Shown in pieces: positions 51,301 to 63,391 of a DNA stretch of 64,000 nucleotides. The notes below the pieces were generated by a model that was not told the origin of the DNA, ran no database searches, and saw only the letters and a list, made by a program, of their open reading frames with translations. Every line of letters begins with the position of its first letter. The stretch's first letter is position 1. A program made the translations under genes and the position numbers. This DNA comes from Phoronis australis (Eukaryota > Animalia > Phoronida), in assembly GCA_002633005.1 (NCBI GenBank), contig NMRA01000277.1:359363-423362 (forward strand), written 5' to 3'.

Positions 51301-54300
51301 AATGGTGGTGTTGATGCTTGTGATGATAAGATGTTGTTTATGTTGTGAGGTTTCACGAGGAATTTTGTCAGAAAACACACCCTTCTTTGGGAAACGGTTG
51401 GTGAAACTTAACCTTCTGAGAGACACCTCTCATACATGTATAACTCTTTAGTCGGAATCACTGCCATGGGCGGCGCAGCGTTGAAAAAAGTGGGGAGCTA
51501 AAGCCCCTTCAGCCCTTCAGCTCCCCGCTGGTGCACCGCCTATAGACCATGTGCGGCATACATGTAGCCCTCTATGGTGCGCCGCCCATGACTGTATATT
51601 GAGAGCACAGCCGGCAGGAGAAGATCGAAGGACTGTGTCATTGTCGATGACGACCCCTTACGGACAGGGATGAGAATTTTGAGAAGGGTTACTTGCATAT
51701 ATCTCCTTATGAGCGAATAAGTACATGTATATGTAACAATCTTTCAGTGTTTCTTCAGTCAAGGAAGTGTGCCTCTGGATACTCATAATGGCAGGCATGC
51801 ACGGAACTGTTCAAAGTATCACTGATTATTGATGAGGACATTTGCCTTTGGAAATATACACGTGTATATCGTAAAAAGATGATTTGAGGTTAATGCCAAT
51901 TAACATGAATGCACACTGACGTGGCCGTCCGCACGCGAACAAGTGCGGTCGCTTGGTGACATGGTGTCAGTCATGCTGGTGGGACTACTGTATTTGCTGG
52001 GAGGGGTTGCCAACTACTTGACGTCCAAATTGCTCCACGAATGCCGTGTTTGTAGTTGCACGTTGCTGATAGTTCACCAAAAATCTTTTTGTTTTTCAGT
52101 TGGCGGTGTACACTATCGTTGGCCCTGGTTTATGTGCCAAGTCCCGACCAGGCGAGCCGAGCGACAAGATCTTTGCCCGTGTTGAAAGTCATAATTCCAC
52201 ATCGGTGACATTTCCTGTTGTTCCGCTAGATGTCGGTATCCATACGATTGAGCTAATCGCTACATCTCCCCTGCTCGACTACAGTGACAGGATTCTGAAA
52301 TGGCTTAATGTCATCGTAAGTGGACTTTGCAGTTATTCCGTGCTACACTGTAGCTAGTTTTGTCGTACACGATTAGTCACCAATNTCATGTATATGTAAC
52401 AATCTTTCAGTGTTTCTTCAGTCAAGGAAGTGTGCCTCTGGATACTCATAATGGCAGGCATGCACGGAACTGTTCAAAGTATCACTGATTATTGATGAGG
52501 ACATTTGCCTTTGGAAATATACATGTACACGTGTATATCGTAAAAAGATGATTTGAAGTTAAAGCCAATTAACATGAATGCACACTAACGTGGCCGTCCG
52601 CACGCGAACAAGTGCGGTCGCTTGGTGACATGGTGTCAGTCATGCTGGTGGGACTATTGTATTTGCTGGGAGGGGTTGCCAACTACTTGACGTCCAAATT
52701 GCTCCACGAATGCCGTGTTTGTAGTTGCACGTTGCTGATAGTTCACCAAAAATCTTTTTGTTTTTCAGTTGGCGGTGTACACTATCGTTGGCCCTGGTTT
52801 ATGTGCCAAGTCCCGACCAGGCGAGCCGAGCGACAAGATCTTTGCCCGTGTTGAAAGTCATAATTCCACATCGGTGACATTTCCTGTTGTTCCGCTAGAT
52901 GTCGGTATCCATACGATTGAGCTAATCGCTACATCTCCCCTGCTCGACTACAGTGACAGGATTCTGAAATGGCTTAATGTCATCGTAAGTGGACTTTGCA
53001 GTTATTCCGTGCTACACTGTAGCTAGTTTTGTCGTACACGATTAGTCACCAATCTCGCAAAAAATGTTCATTTTGTTTCTCGGAAATTGTGATTTAACAA
53101 CATCTGATCTCTTCTCTGTGGATTTGCGCAGTTGTTTTATGTATCGTATAATTTTTTCTGCCATAAGATCTTGATTCGAGCTATACATGTACGTTGTTTC
53201 AATGTTCCCAATCGTCATGAAGAGTCCCAACGAAAGACTCTCAAAGCGGCGCGTTCATGGACGTAGTAAAAAGTATTCAACGAAAACACTTCGTCGTGTT
53301 CTAAAGTGGACCCTACTCAGTAGGGTGTTTAGAATTTTTGAGGTTGCCGAAGGTTGGTACCTGGTCTTGATCTAGAGGTACAGTGTATATACTTATTAGA
53401 GGTCATTGTGTTAGTATCTTTGAAGTTTTATATTCACCTCTTACGCATTTACAAACAAAATTATTCTCGCAAAAAGAGATGATCACAAAATCGTTTGTAG
53501 CCCGAGGGAGAACCCACTATCGATGTCTTCAACACCATCCTCGACCCCAGTGGAGAAACACTTCTCAGTGATCAGCCAAGCAACGAGCACGTGAACTCCA
53601 GGCGCCAAATGATGTCAGAACTTCCAATACAGAGGGATATAATTGATCTTGTTCCCCCACCCAACGCCGTACCGGATTCCGCCCAGTCAAGCATCAGTGC
53701 CATAGGTTAGTGTTCCTTCATCACTATCGCATTTCTACAGATTTTTTTCCACGATATAAGACCTACAGGTAACCTCGGTAATTAAACCGTTTTGTTTTAT
53801 TTTGTGAGATTACTAATGCCTGTCCCTATGTACATTTTAGATGTTTTTGGAAACAGCCTAGGTGGCAAATTCCTCGAACTCTGTATATGTTATGCACAAT
53901 ATTGAAATATAATATCGCCGTAGCTTTATTTCTTCGTTCTCAGAAGATTGATGTTTCCCTCTGCGTGTACATGTAGTGTCGAAGGTCATATTCATTGCGT
54001 GGCTTGGAAGCTAATTGGACCACTATGTAAAATAAGTCGAAATTTGCTCTTTGGAGGACTTGCTGTCTGAAGTTTGGAACAAACGTGTATGATCTTCTTG
54101 GAATGCACGGGGTGTTGTTTTAAGCAAAGTCGCTGTTTAAATCGAAGCACCTCATAGCAACGCGCCAATCATTGCTGCTTAAAATTTTGCATTGTAATTG
54201 CATTGACCGATAGCGGCTTGACTCGCAGGTACAATGATGGGCTCTGTAGTAACTCACGCCATAGAAGGCGTGCAGGATATGATGGAGTTACCGACGGGCT

Positions 54301-57300
54301 GTGGAGAGCAGACGATGATCAAACTAGCACCAACTACATACGCTGCGCTCTACCTCAAGAATACTGGGAAGCTGACGCCAGAACTGCAAGATAAAGCATC
54401 AGAGTTTATAGCCTCTGGTAGGCAAACCTATACTGAATTCATGTTTGGAATAAACTACCGAACAAACATACAATATACGAACTGTAAAAAGCGTTTTTCA
54501 AGGTATTGATTTGTTTTTCGAATTCATTATTGGATGTTTCATTTATCTGTGAAAGGTTGAGAATGTGACTAGTGTGTTTCGAACGTATCCACGGTTTTCG
54601 GTACACAGTGACGTCTTGATTACACTCCACACACACCAGAAGTATTTTTGCTTAATTTAACTATACATGACTCGTCTATATTTTTTATTGGAATCAGGCC
54701 TCATGTGGCTATTCATTGGACTTTTGCTTAGCATTCAGATAACCCCGCGTTTTCTTGAGACAAGTGTATGATTCATTCTAGGTTACAGCAACGAGCTCTT
54801 GTTCCGAAAAGACAGTGGTGCATTTTCTGTGTTCCAAGAGTATCCACCGGGCACTTGGTAAGATTGACACTTAAAGGTTATCTCCTTCTGTACTTCAAAG
54901 TAAGGATCCAAAAGAAATCTATCAAATTTTCAAGAATTTACAGGAGAGCATATTGAAACATATTTCTTCATTTCCAAATTCTTGGAAAATAGGAGCTAGA
55001 GCAGTGCATTCGCTTAATGTTTTACCACAGTTTACATCGTATTAATTGGAACTGGCATTTCTCTTCAACAAAGAGACAGAACATACATGTACATGTACAG
55101 CACGGTCCATAGGGAAATCACTGCTTTGTCGTTTTCAGGTTGACTGCGTTCGTGAATAAGGTGTTTTCGCAATCTCGTGCGGTTCCTGGCGTTACTATTG
55201 AAGATAGCGTGATTTGTAGCGCCATTTCCTGGTTAGCCACAAAACAGAGGGAGGATGGAAGCTTCATGGAAGATCAACCAGTCATTCACAGACAACTAAC
55301 GGTAAGGAATGTCTCGTGAACTTGTCTTCGTTCAGTTGCTTTCTGCATTTACTGTTTTGTGCTCTTAAAATTATCTAATTACTAGTAAGGGCACTGGTGA
55401 TGGTGTTTGAAAATCTACGTTAGACGTGTTCAAACAACGTTTGCAATAGCGTGACATCTACTGGATTAACACAAAGAAGTGCTAGTGCAGTATTCTGGCC
55501 TGCACAGAAATGACAATCGTGTGCATTTGGTGTGGACATATTTTCAACTTATGCGAGTGTGGCATTTACTTAGGCCCTTTCATTAATTTTCCAGGGCGCG
55601 AGCGCAGAGGACATTTCTCTGGCGGCATCTGTCCTCATATCGCTGGCTGAAAGCGAGCTCCATTGCGAGGGAACTCGAGGTATTGTGATGGAGAACACAG
55701 TATACTATCTAGAAAACAAACTGGACGACCTAAGTGAACCCTATCTGATGTCAATAGTTGCTTATGCGTTGAAAATGGCTGACAGCTCTAGAAGCAGCGA
55801 GGCGTATGTGCGTATGAAATCGTTGGCGCAACTGAATGAAGGTACGTGAATTTTTGCGAGATCATTGCTTGCTCTCAGTTACCTCCGTCTCTTTAATGCT
55901 TAATGTTTTTTCTTTCATGGCACAACTGGGAAAATATTCGTCAATTATTTACTTGCTATGAAAAACGCGTTCTGCTTGCTAGGTAGTTTCAACTGCTATC
56001 TGCTTTGCGGAAAATATAGTACCAGAAAGAAAAAAAAATAATTGCAGGTGGTCTGATACACGTTGTACCAGACATGCGCAGGCCTATCATGTGGGCCCAT
56101 TGCACTGATCACCTGGAAATATTTTTATGCTTTATTAATATATGGTTAAAACCGAGCTGAGGAGCAAGAAACCTGGCACAAGGGTTTAGCAGTGTGACCT
56201 GGTGGGACTTGAACCCACGACCTCGAGCAAAGAAAGCGGGCACTTATCAACCAGGCCACACTGCCTCCTCGTACCAGAAAGACCTCACTAGCGACTTTCT
56301 GTGAAACCTCACCAATACCGAGAGCAGGTTCCGACTGTTAAGGATATTTCCTAGAAAGACCTCCCAGGAATGCTATTTGCTACAGTATTGTCCCAAGAAG
56401 GAAATGACAACACTAGACATAAAATCTTTGCTTCAATAGCTTCCAGTACAAGATGGTGGAGTAGAGGCGAACACGAACATGTGACTGCTGATGACGTGGA
56501 GACGACGTCTTACGCCCTGTTATCGGGACTACTTCACAACGATATGGACTATGTAAAACCGATTGTCAGATGGCTGAATCTGAACCGAGGCTCTCGAGCT
56601 GCCTTCAAATCAACACAGGTTTGCTACATGTACTTGCGTTACGTTCTAGCGATATCTCTTGACTGACGAAACTTTTCTTGTGTTTTTAATTGGTGAATAA
56701 AAAGGAACGAGTATTTTTAAGATTGAAACTTTTGTTGATATTCCTCTTGCCAAAACACTTCCTCAATGTGCCACAAGAAGACTTTGTTCTTCGATCTTGT
56801 CTTCATATTTGTTATTTTTGTACCCAAAACCTTAGTCACGCTTGTCGATTTCGCAGACTTTGGAGTTTTCAAACGTGTCCCAATCTTGTGAGGATTGGTT
56901 TCGAACACTGAGTAATATAGTGTTTCAAAGATTTAAGTGATCCAGTCACATCCGGGCCTGTGTTTCAACGTTAACCATTCTGCTCATCAGGACACTGTCG
57001 TGGCTCTCCAAGCTCTCTCTCAATACAGCAGTAAAATGGAACAAAACAAAGCGATCCAGCTTCACTCCAGAGTGGTCCGTCAGAACGACTCGGTACCAGT
57101 TCTAGAGTTTGATCTCACAGAGGAAAACACAGTCGTCCAAAGGCACGAAGAGGTACTGTGTCAAAATGTGTTCCTTTGCGTCTCACTACGCACTTTCATA
57201 GTTTGGCTACTTGTGTTACGCTAACTGGCTTTCGTTAACCAATTCCAACAAATTGAACCAGGCTTAACTCCAATCCGGAAACACACCATTCAGGGCATTA

Positions 57301-60300
57301 ACAAATTAAAATCTTGCCTATTTTCCTTTCGATGGTAGTAAATAATTGCTTCCATGGCAAGAAACATGTTGATAAATGTTTTTTCCCATGCTATAACTTC
57401 CTAAGCTTTTAGTTTAATAAATTGTCACATGAACTATGCCCGTGTACATTTATTCATCGGATATTTTATTCTTACATAAATTTTGGATTTTTTTCTGCAA
57501 GTTTAGTGATCGTCTTTTTCTCTTAGTTTAAATGTCGTTTTGTGAGAATAAATACAACCCAATAAATAAATTACATATCAATTCCATATTCAGTTGTTAT
57601 GCATCTTAACTTTTGTATTCAGTTCATCCGTTTCAGCTAAGCGTCATTCTTTGTCCTTATTTACATTCCGCAGCTTCCGCATGGTCTGCAGTACCACGTT
57701 TTAACTCAAGGTATCGGCACTGGGCAATTGACAGCTGAACTGCAGTACAACGTTTTCACGAACTCCACCTTGTGTCGCTTCGAAACTAGCGTGACTGTTG
57801 AAGAGCTAAAGATACCGCGTGACATTCGTAAAATACCAAAGTGAGTGTTTTCTTTCAGAACCATAAGTGTACATGTATGAGGTATCATACTGCACACCTG
57901 TATGCTGTCGTTGATGCCCTATTCACATTGAGAACAACTCCCAATGCGTTCCACTGGTAGACCAAAAGCTATGATGGTCTACTGCCAACACCGCTAGTTA
58001 GCTGGGTCAACGGGACTTATTGTGCCTATTTGTCTTCAGAAGCAAACAAATAATTCAAGCAACGATTAATTTGGGACCACTTTACAGCAGAAAATTGCCA
58101 AGTTATTTCTAACAGAATTGGGTTTCATAGCATACCAATCAGTTTCGAAGATCTAAATTTTGTCGACTTAGAAGGGATAAATTTGGTTCTGTTCTTTGAT
58201 CCATTCAAACAGTTATTTAACTCTTTCAGTTATGAAGACGAAGACTTCACGTGCCCTGGCGCAAGCAGTGAGTTGCTCCCTGGTGCCGTGGCCCGTATTG
58301 CATATAGACCTCCTCCGCTTCCTCGCAGATTTTCCCGCTTTCGCTCTCAATCGCGCTTCGGGGGATTCCGCCTGCCATCTAGAAGCCGCCTCTTAAACCA
58401 ACCGTTTATCGATCAACCGGAACCTGCGGGCGAGATTCTGACTGAGGCAGAACTTGCCCCTCGCCTCGCCCTCATGTCTGCACGGTCGGGCAGGAGTGCC
58501 ATCAGTATTTCTAAGCTACGAGTTTGCACGAAGTAAGTGGGAGCATTTTATCAACTACAGTACAACCTGCTCTGGTGCAAGTGACCCATAGTCACTGTCT
58601 TTGCACTCCAAGCTGCATTGGTGGAACTCTTTCGTATAAACAAACTTAGGCTCCTAGAGAAATCACTTACTGTTTTGCAAGATAATATGTAGTGCAGGTT
58701 TTCACCCGCTAAATTCAGATATACCGTAAGTCGATTGAAAGGCGAACAGTGAACTTTGGGTTAAAATCGTAAAACAGAAATTGCGATTCTGCCACGTAAG
58801 GATGACGTCATTACGAAAATGAAATTTACGATCAATTTAAAGTAAACCATACATGTAATTGCAGGTTCTTGGCAAGTCGTGATACCGGAATGTCGATCGT
58901 AGAAGTTGGTCTTTTCAGTGGCTATGAGCCAGTCAACGCTTCATTAGCTCACTTGGTATGTTATTTGTTATCTCAAATCGCTAAGTAGATTGTGATGGTT
59001 CCAAAACTAATGGTGCGCAACTTTGCCTGAGGAATTCTTGCCTTCTAATGCCAGCTTCATAGACAAAAGCGAGTCTTCAAGGAGGCAATTGTAGTTGGCA
59101 GTGGATTATCGAGGTTATTACTTTCTTTAAATATGCTAATACAAGTGCATTATCTTAGAAAATGGTATTTTGGACAAAAGTACGTGTGTGATCATGTTTA
59201 CTGTGACGTAACTCAACTGCCTAATGTCTATCCTCCTCTATTCAACAACTGAAGCCGTTTAGTATTGGCGGGATTGAATAATCAGAAAATGGAATTTAAT
59301 TTTCAGAAAGAATGCAACTCCACATCTTTCGTCATGAACTACGAGATAACTACGAGGACTGTTGTGTTCTATTTGTCTAAGGTAAGATTTGTGAATGACG
59401 GAGGCATACACACCTACAGCTTGCACAAGTACGTGTGCATTGTTACGGACTGCCAATGTTGCCAATCTGAAAGGATTTGCCTTCGACGGTAGGAGTCTGA
59501 GTTTAATCTAATCAAATCAGTGGGGAGGCCGCGGAAAGGGATTATTGTTCGTGACGGGTCATATGCGGGGAATCGGGGCCGACCGGGGCAGGGCATTTCA
59601 ACGTTAACTAATCAGATGGGGCACCGAAAGACCTGCTGAAGAAAATGTGGGCATCGGTTTGTATCAGTAATCTGAATAAAAGTGTGTCTGTTGTCATGTT
59701 GTAACTTTGTTTTTTAACGTTTTGACTAGACATACCTGTACGTCTACGTGCATATATTGACCGACAGATTTCGTTTCCAGATTCCGCACGACAACGAAGT
59801 TTGCCTGGAGTTTTTCATCCAACAACTCTACCGGGTGGGCAACACTCAACCTGTTGCCGTGAACGTTAAGGACTACTACCATCCAAGTAAATAAACTTTA
59901 AAAAAGAATTATACTACTTATTCAGGTCTCAATAACGACATTAGATCTGATGTATGTTCCGCAGGCGCCAGACGTCCGGAAGAGAGCACATCTAGTGTGA
60001 CCCCCTGTTTCGCTTAAAGCTTGGCGATATCTCGCGAAGACGTGCGGGGTCTTACTTTTTTCGCGAATGTCTACGGAACGCACGTATACCTTCGGTCATC
60101 CAGACCTGCATGCGCCTTCAAAAGGGTCCCTACTCACCCACTAGACTAAAGTCTTACCAGATCGCATGCTCCGCTTGGACTGCAAAGCAGTAGATCACGC
60201 GAAAATCTCGCCAGACTTGCAAGGTACCGTAGCCTTCAGCATGCCCGCGGCAACTCCTTGAACTTATATTAGAAAAGGTTTTGATCGTTGTGGACCCACC

Positions 60301-63300
60301 TACAAAAGATATTTGAGTTTGCATTCATGTGCGTGTTGTAATTTTAAAACTCATGGGGTGAACTGCAGCATAATTTGCGTCCTCGGCAACTTTTTAATAT
60401 AAAGAAAACCTATACGATACCAAGGTCTTTATTCTGGCCATAAAGAGGCCTGGAACGCGATAAACAGACTAAATCGCATTACTGGAAGTGGTTCTCTGAC
60501 ACTGAAACAGTATTCAACCAGCTCACCAGGTATTTTTAGGTTTTTTTCGTACAGATTTTAAATTCCTGTCGATATCAAAACCTTTTCTTTTTGTTTCAAA
60601 TTTCATAAAAACGATCCGTCAGGAGCTCGCCACTTCGTCGATCTTTCTCCCACAAGACAAAGCACGCCTCCTTATTTGGTATGGCAAAACATAGACGCAG
60701 TACATTTCCCCTTTATGGAAAGTGCGACATTTGACCTCAAGCGACTTCAAGCAACTAACTGAGCCCATAGTTTTTCCTAAGCGCGTAATTCAAAAATCGT
60801 GAATTTTGTGTTTTTTCTGGAAAGTGAATTACTCTGTACCAGACGTTGCGAGATTGTACTTTTCATCAGGGATTGTTTATAAGATATTTTATAGCTTTCG
60901 CATTCCATGCCTCTTTAAAATACGTTTAGCCAATAAAACATGATTGATTTGCAATTGGCCTAGAAAATATGCCTGACGTTACGGAGACTTTGTCTAAACG
61001 CCACCAGATACATCCTTGAAATAATGACGTAATGTTGCATGCATCAATTTTGCCTCTGACGTTTCTGGATGCCTACATTGCAATATATGAATTATAAACC
61101 AACAAAGAAAATCAACATAAAAAATATGGCGCAATTTCAACATCAACGTCGCATATTCGCATATCACATCTGACGCAGCCAAGTCAAGTTCTTTTTGAAA
61201 TTCATCCTGGTACGGGAATTGGGGATAGTTATGCCTATAAAAGATCTTTAACCCAGCCGCAGAGCGTCTAAAGCCGCGCACCGTACCAGTGACTGCTGGC
61301 AACTCATCGGAGACTCAACTTTAACACCCTTCGCCGCAGAGATAACTCTTGGACTGTCTCCGGTGAGTCCATTCTTTGTTGAATGATGTTTAGGTAAAAA
61401 GAATAACTGTTTTTTTACAGACTCAAAGTGCACGACGTTCTATCACCCTAACAGTGGAAGTGAATTACTGAGGACAATTTGTAACAAAGAAACGGGCCAG
61501 TGCGTATGTGGCGAAGGTGAGAAGGCTAAACGCAATGTCTTCTTTGGTAATGCATGATACCTAATGCGATAAGGTTAAAATGTTTACAAGCATATTTTTC
61601 CCAAAGGTACGTCCTGCCCTGGGTGTATTTGCGGACTTGTGGAAATGGGAAACGGCACTGCTTGCGGCAAAAATTATGCGCGTATGCATCACGCGCTGTG
61701 TGCATTGTATTGCTCACTCACTTGGAAGTAGCAAGGCTTATACTGGGAGCGACCGATTAATTCGCTAAGCAAAATACTCTCTCATACTGAAAGACAGCGT
61801 GCTCCTCCAGCATAGCGCATGGTTTAATCTCACAAACTTGCGTGATCTCATAAAATTCTAAATACATGTACATTGTACGCGTTGCTAACGAATTGGCCAC
61901 CAAATGGTCAGGTATTGAAACAAACACTAACATTTCACTAACCACTATTATGTCGCTCACTCAGCTAATCGTCATCAACGATTGCTTACTACATGTACAT
62001 GTAAGTGCGATGACCATCGCTTGTGAACCGCTCTTGTAGATCTCTCTTCTTTATCTGTAATGTCGGTCAAACCAGGTTATTCCATTGCATCCATTAATCT
62101 GTTTTTTAGTCGTTCACATAACTTACGCTGGATATTGAGTATTGTTCAGACTGTAAGTTTGTTATATTTACATTCCAGGTCGATGTCCCACGTGTTATAA
62201 CGTGAATAAAAATGTGAGGCGCTTGAACCCTCCCAATGAACGAGCGGATGAGCTACCTATTGGGATGGGCGGAACCACAACGGCGGACTTGAAGAGAAAG
62301 ATATGCGACCTGTCGGAAGTTGGTAGGTACTAAAACGGTTTCCGGTCACTGAATTTGACATAGTCCCCGCCCCTTCATGACCGTCAATTTCGCTTTATGG
62401 TGCCAGTTTACATCGCCAGTGTTGTTATCATCTTGTACTGGTGAGCATTTCGATCGCCATCTCTGTTAAGTACGGAACAGGCGGTTTTGGCCTATTAAAA
62501 TATCTGATCAACGACTTCTCCCAACCAACTCTCTAAAACGATATGCTTTGTAATTCTCCTTAATTCTCAAAACCAAATGTTGAAAACGCCTTGCAGTGCT
62601 ACACAGAAAAGTGTAACCTTCGCTTCAACGAGACAACTGTAGGCAATGATCAACGTACACGCTAAGAACCGTGTGCTCTTAGTCATACACTGAGAATTTG
62701 TTTTTAGTTGAATGGTGCTTTTGTCACTCAACGAAGACACCAATGGCGCTTTAGAAGTGTGCAGAACAAGGGTTGAATGGGAAGCAAGTGGCGGATTTAG
62801 AGGGGAGGCCTAAAAGGTCATTCCCCCTTAAAATTTCTCAGGTTAAATTTGGCAGTTCGGGGATGCGTTCTGAAATGGCAAAATCCTGGCTAATACTCCT
62901 CCCTGGTCCCCCTAACTCAAAATCCGGGATCCGCCCCTGGAAGCACCTAAACAGGGTTTCGTATCCATTTAAATATACATGTACATGTATTATCGCCTAC
63001 CTTATCACCATCTTCCCCACCATGTCTCCACCATCGTTGTCAGAAGCGTCACGGTACTACCAAACTACATTACCACCAACACCACCTGTTGGTCGCCACC
63101 TTCGCCATCATTAATCACCATCTTCACTAGCTCAATCATAGTCGTCGTTTTCATCATCATGATCGACATTAGCGCTCTCACAACCAAGTGTCGCAATGCC
63201 AACCCCAACGTATGTCACTCCGTTTTGGCGCTAATCGCATGCTGTATGTTATGTGCTCATCAACATACATGTACAAGGTCTCAACTTCCATGGTTTGTCT

Positions 63301-63391
63301 CTTGCAGCTTATCAAGTCGAGATTCTTAGTATCGCAATTGAAAGTGGATACAATATCATTAAAGGTCAAGTTCTGTACGTCTTGAAACAAG
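36358..63391 (+). CDS. C3: Complement component C3 (thioester-containing protein), 31 exons seen, 3' end beyond window
   Basis: Exons 36358-36440 (signal peptide), 40013-40179, 41281-41481 (FIQTDKPIYTP), 42552-42622, 44042-44216 (FEVKEY), 44407-44491 (VLPTF), 45433-45529, 45879-46115, 46577-46762, 47486-47596, 48373-48627, 48833-49057, 49604-49937 (RKKRR, anaphylatoxin), 50437-50608 (RENFDETW), 50919-51147 (PDSITTW), 52100-52315 (repeated at 52769-52984), 53501-53705, 54229-54417 (PTGCGEQTM), 54782-54857, 55139-55301 (PVIH), 55595-55841, 56440-56618 (FKSTQ), 56991-57152 (DTVVALQAL), 57674-57840, 58230-58532, 58865-58955, 59307-59381, 59781-59886 (DYYHP), 61421-61516, 62179-62322, 63308-63391 (C345C start). 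Anaphylatoxin plus C345C domains distinguish C3 from A2M/CD109/insect TEP. Confidence 0.92.
40599..40757. mobile_element. MITE, same family as 62786-62939
   Basis: gtggcggatttagagggg...atttggcagttcggg...gcaaaattctggctaatactc...aatccgcctctg; flanks caagg/catgg. Confidence 0.7.
43533..43950 (+). repeat. Diverged tandem duplication, ~245 bp period, C3 intron 4
   Basis: gtgtgac.tacg...gacaactgtgg.gaaag...ttttagtt.at.cctgcttt...tctcaag at ~43533 and ~43779. Confidence 0.6.
51225..51330 (+). repeat. Compound (GGT)n/(GAT)n microsatellite
   Basis: ggtggtggtggtggtggtggtg...gatgatgatgatg. Confidence 0.8.
51465..51590. mobile_element. MITE with CATGGGCGGCGCA TIRs and 5 bp TSD
   Basis: catgggcggcgca ... 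tgcgccgcccatg perfect 13 bp TIR; flanks actgc / actgt. Confidence 0.7.
51725..53054 (+). repeat. ~665 bp near-identical tandem duplication containing C3 exon 16, junction at an N
   Basis: 51725-52384 repeated at 52387-~53054; single N at 52385; copies differ by a few intronic substitutions and one 6 bp indel. Confidence 0.92.
56031..56270 (-). mobile_element. tRNA-derived SINE with 12 bp TSD
   Basis: Minus-strand head gcagtgtggcctggttgataag...gggttcaagtcccaccaggtcacactgc (A/B boxes, paired ends; 56264-56189); TSD GTACCAGAAAGA at 56019-56030 and 56271-56282; second partial copy at 12536. Confidence 0.8.
62786..62939. mobile_element. MITE with (C)AGTGGCGGAT...ATCCGCCCCTG termini and 5 bp TSD
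   Basis: Homologous to 40599-40757; GAAGC at 62781-62785 and 62940-62944. Confidence 0.7.
63000..63165 (+). repeat. Degenerate (CAC/CAT)n low-complexity tract
   Basis: caccatc, accaccaacaccacc and catcatcat runs. Confidence 0.55.

Noticed and set aside
51126-51426. ORFs with poly-Pro/His/Thr runs
   Set aside because: Translations of the GGT/GAT microsatellite.
62708-62772. Possible extra C3 exon after ttttttag
   Set aside because: No C3-like peptide, and exon 62179-62322 joins 63308 in phase without it.
36358-63391. Alpha-2-macroglobulin / CD109 / insect-type TEP identity
   Set aside because: Anaphylatoxin domain after RKKRR and a C345C start indicate the C3/C4/C5 subfamily.
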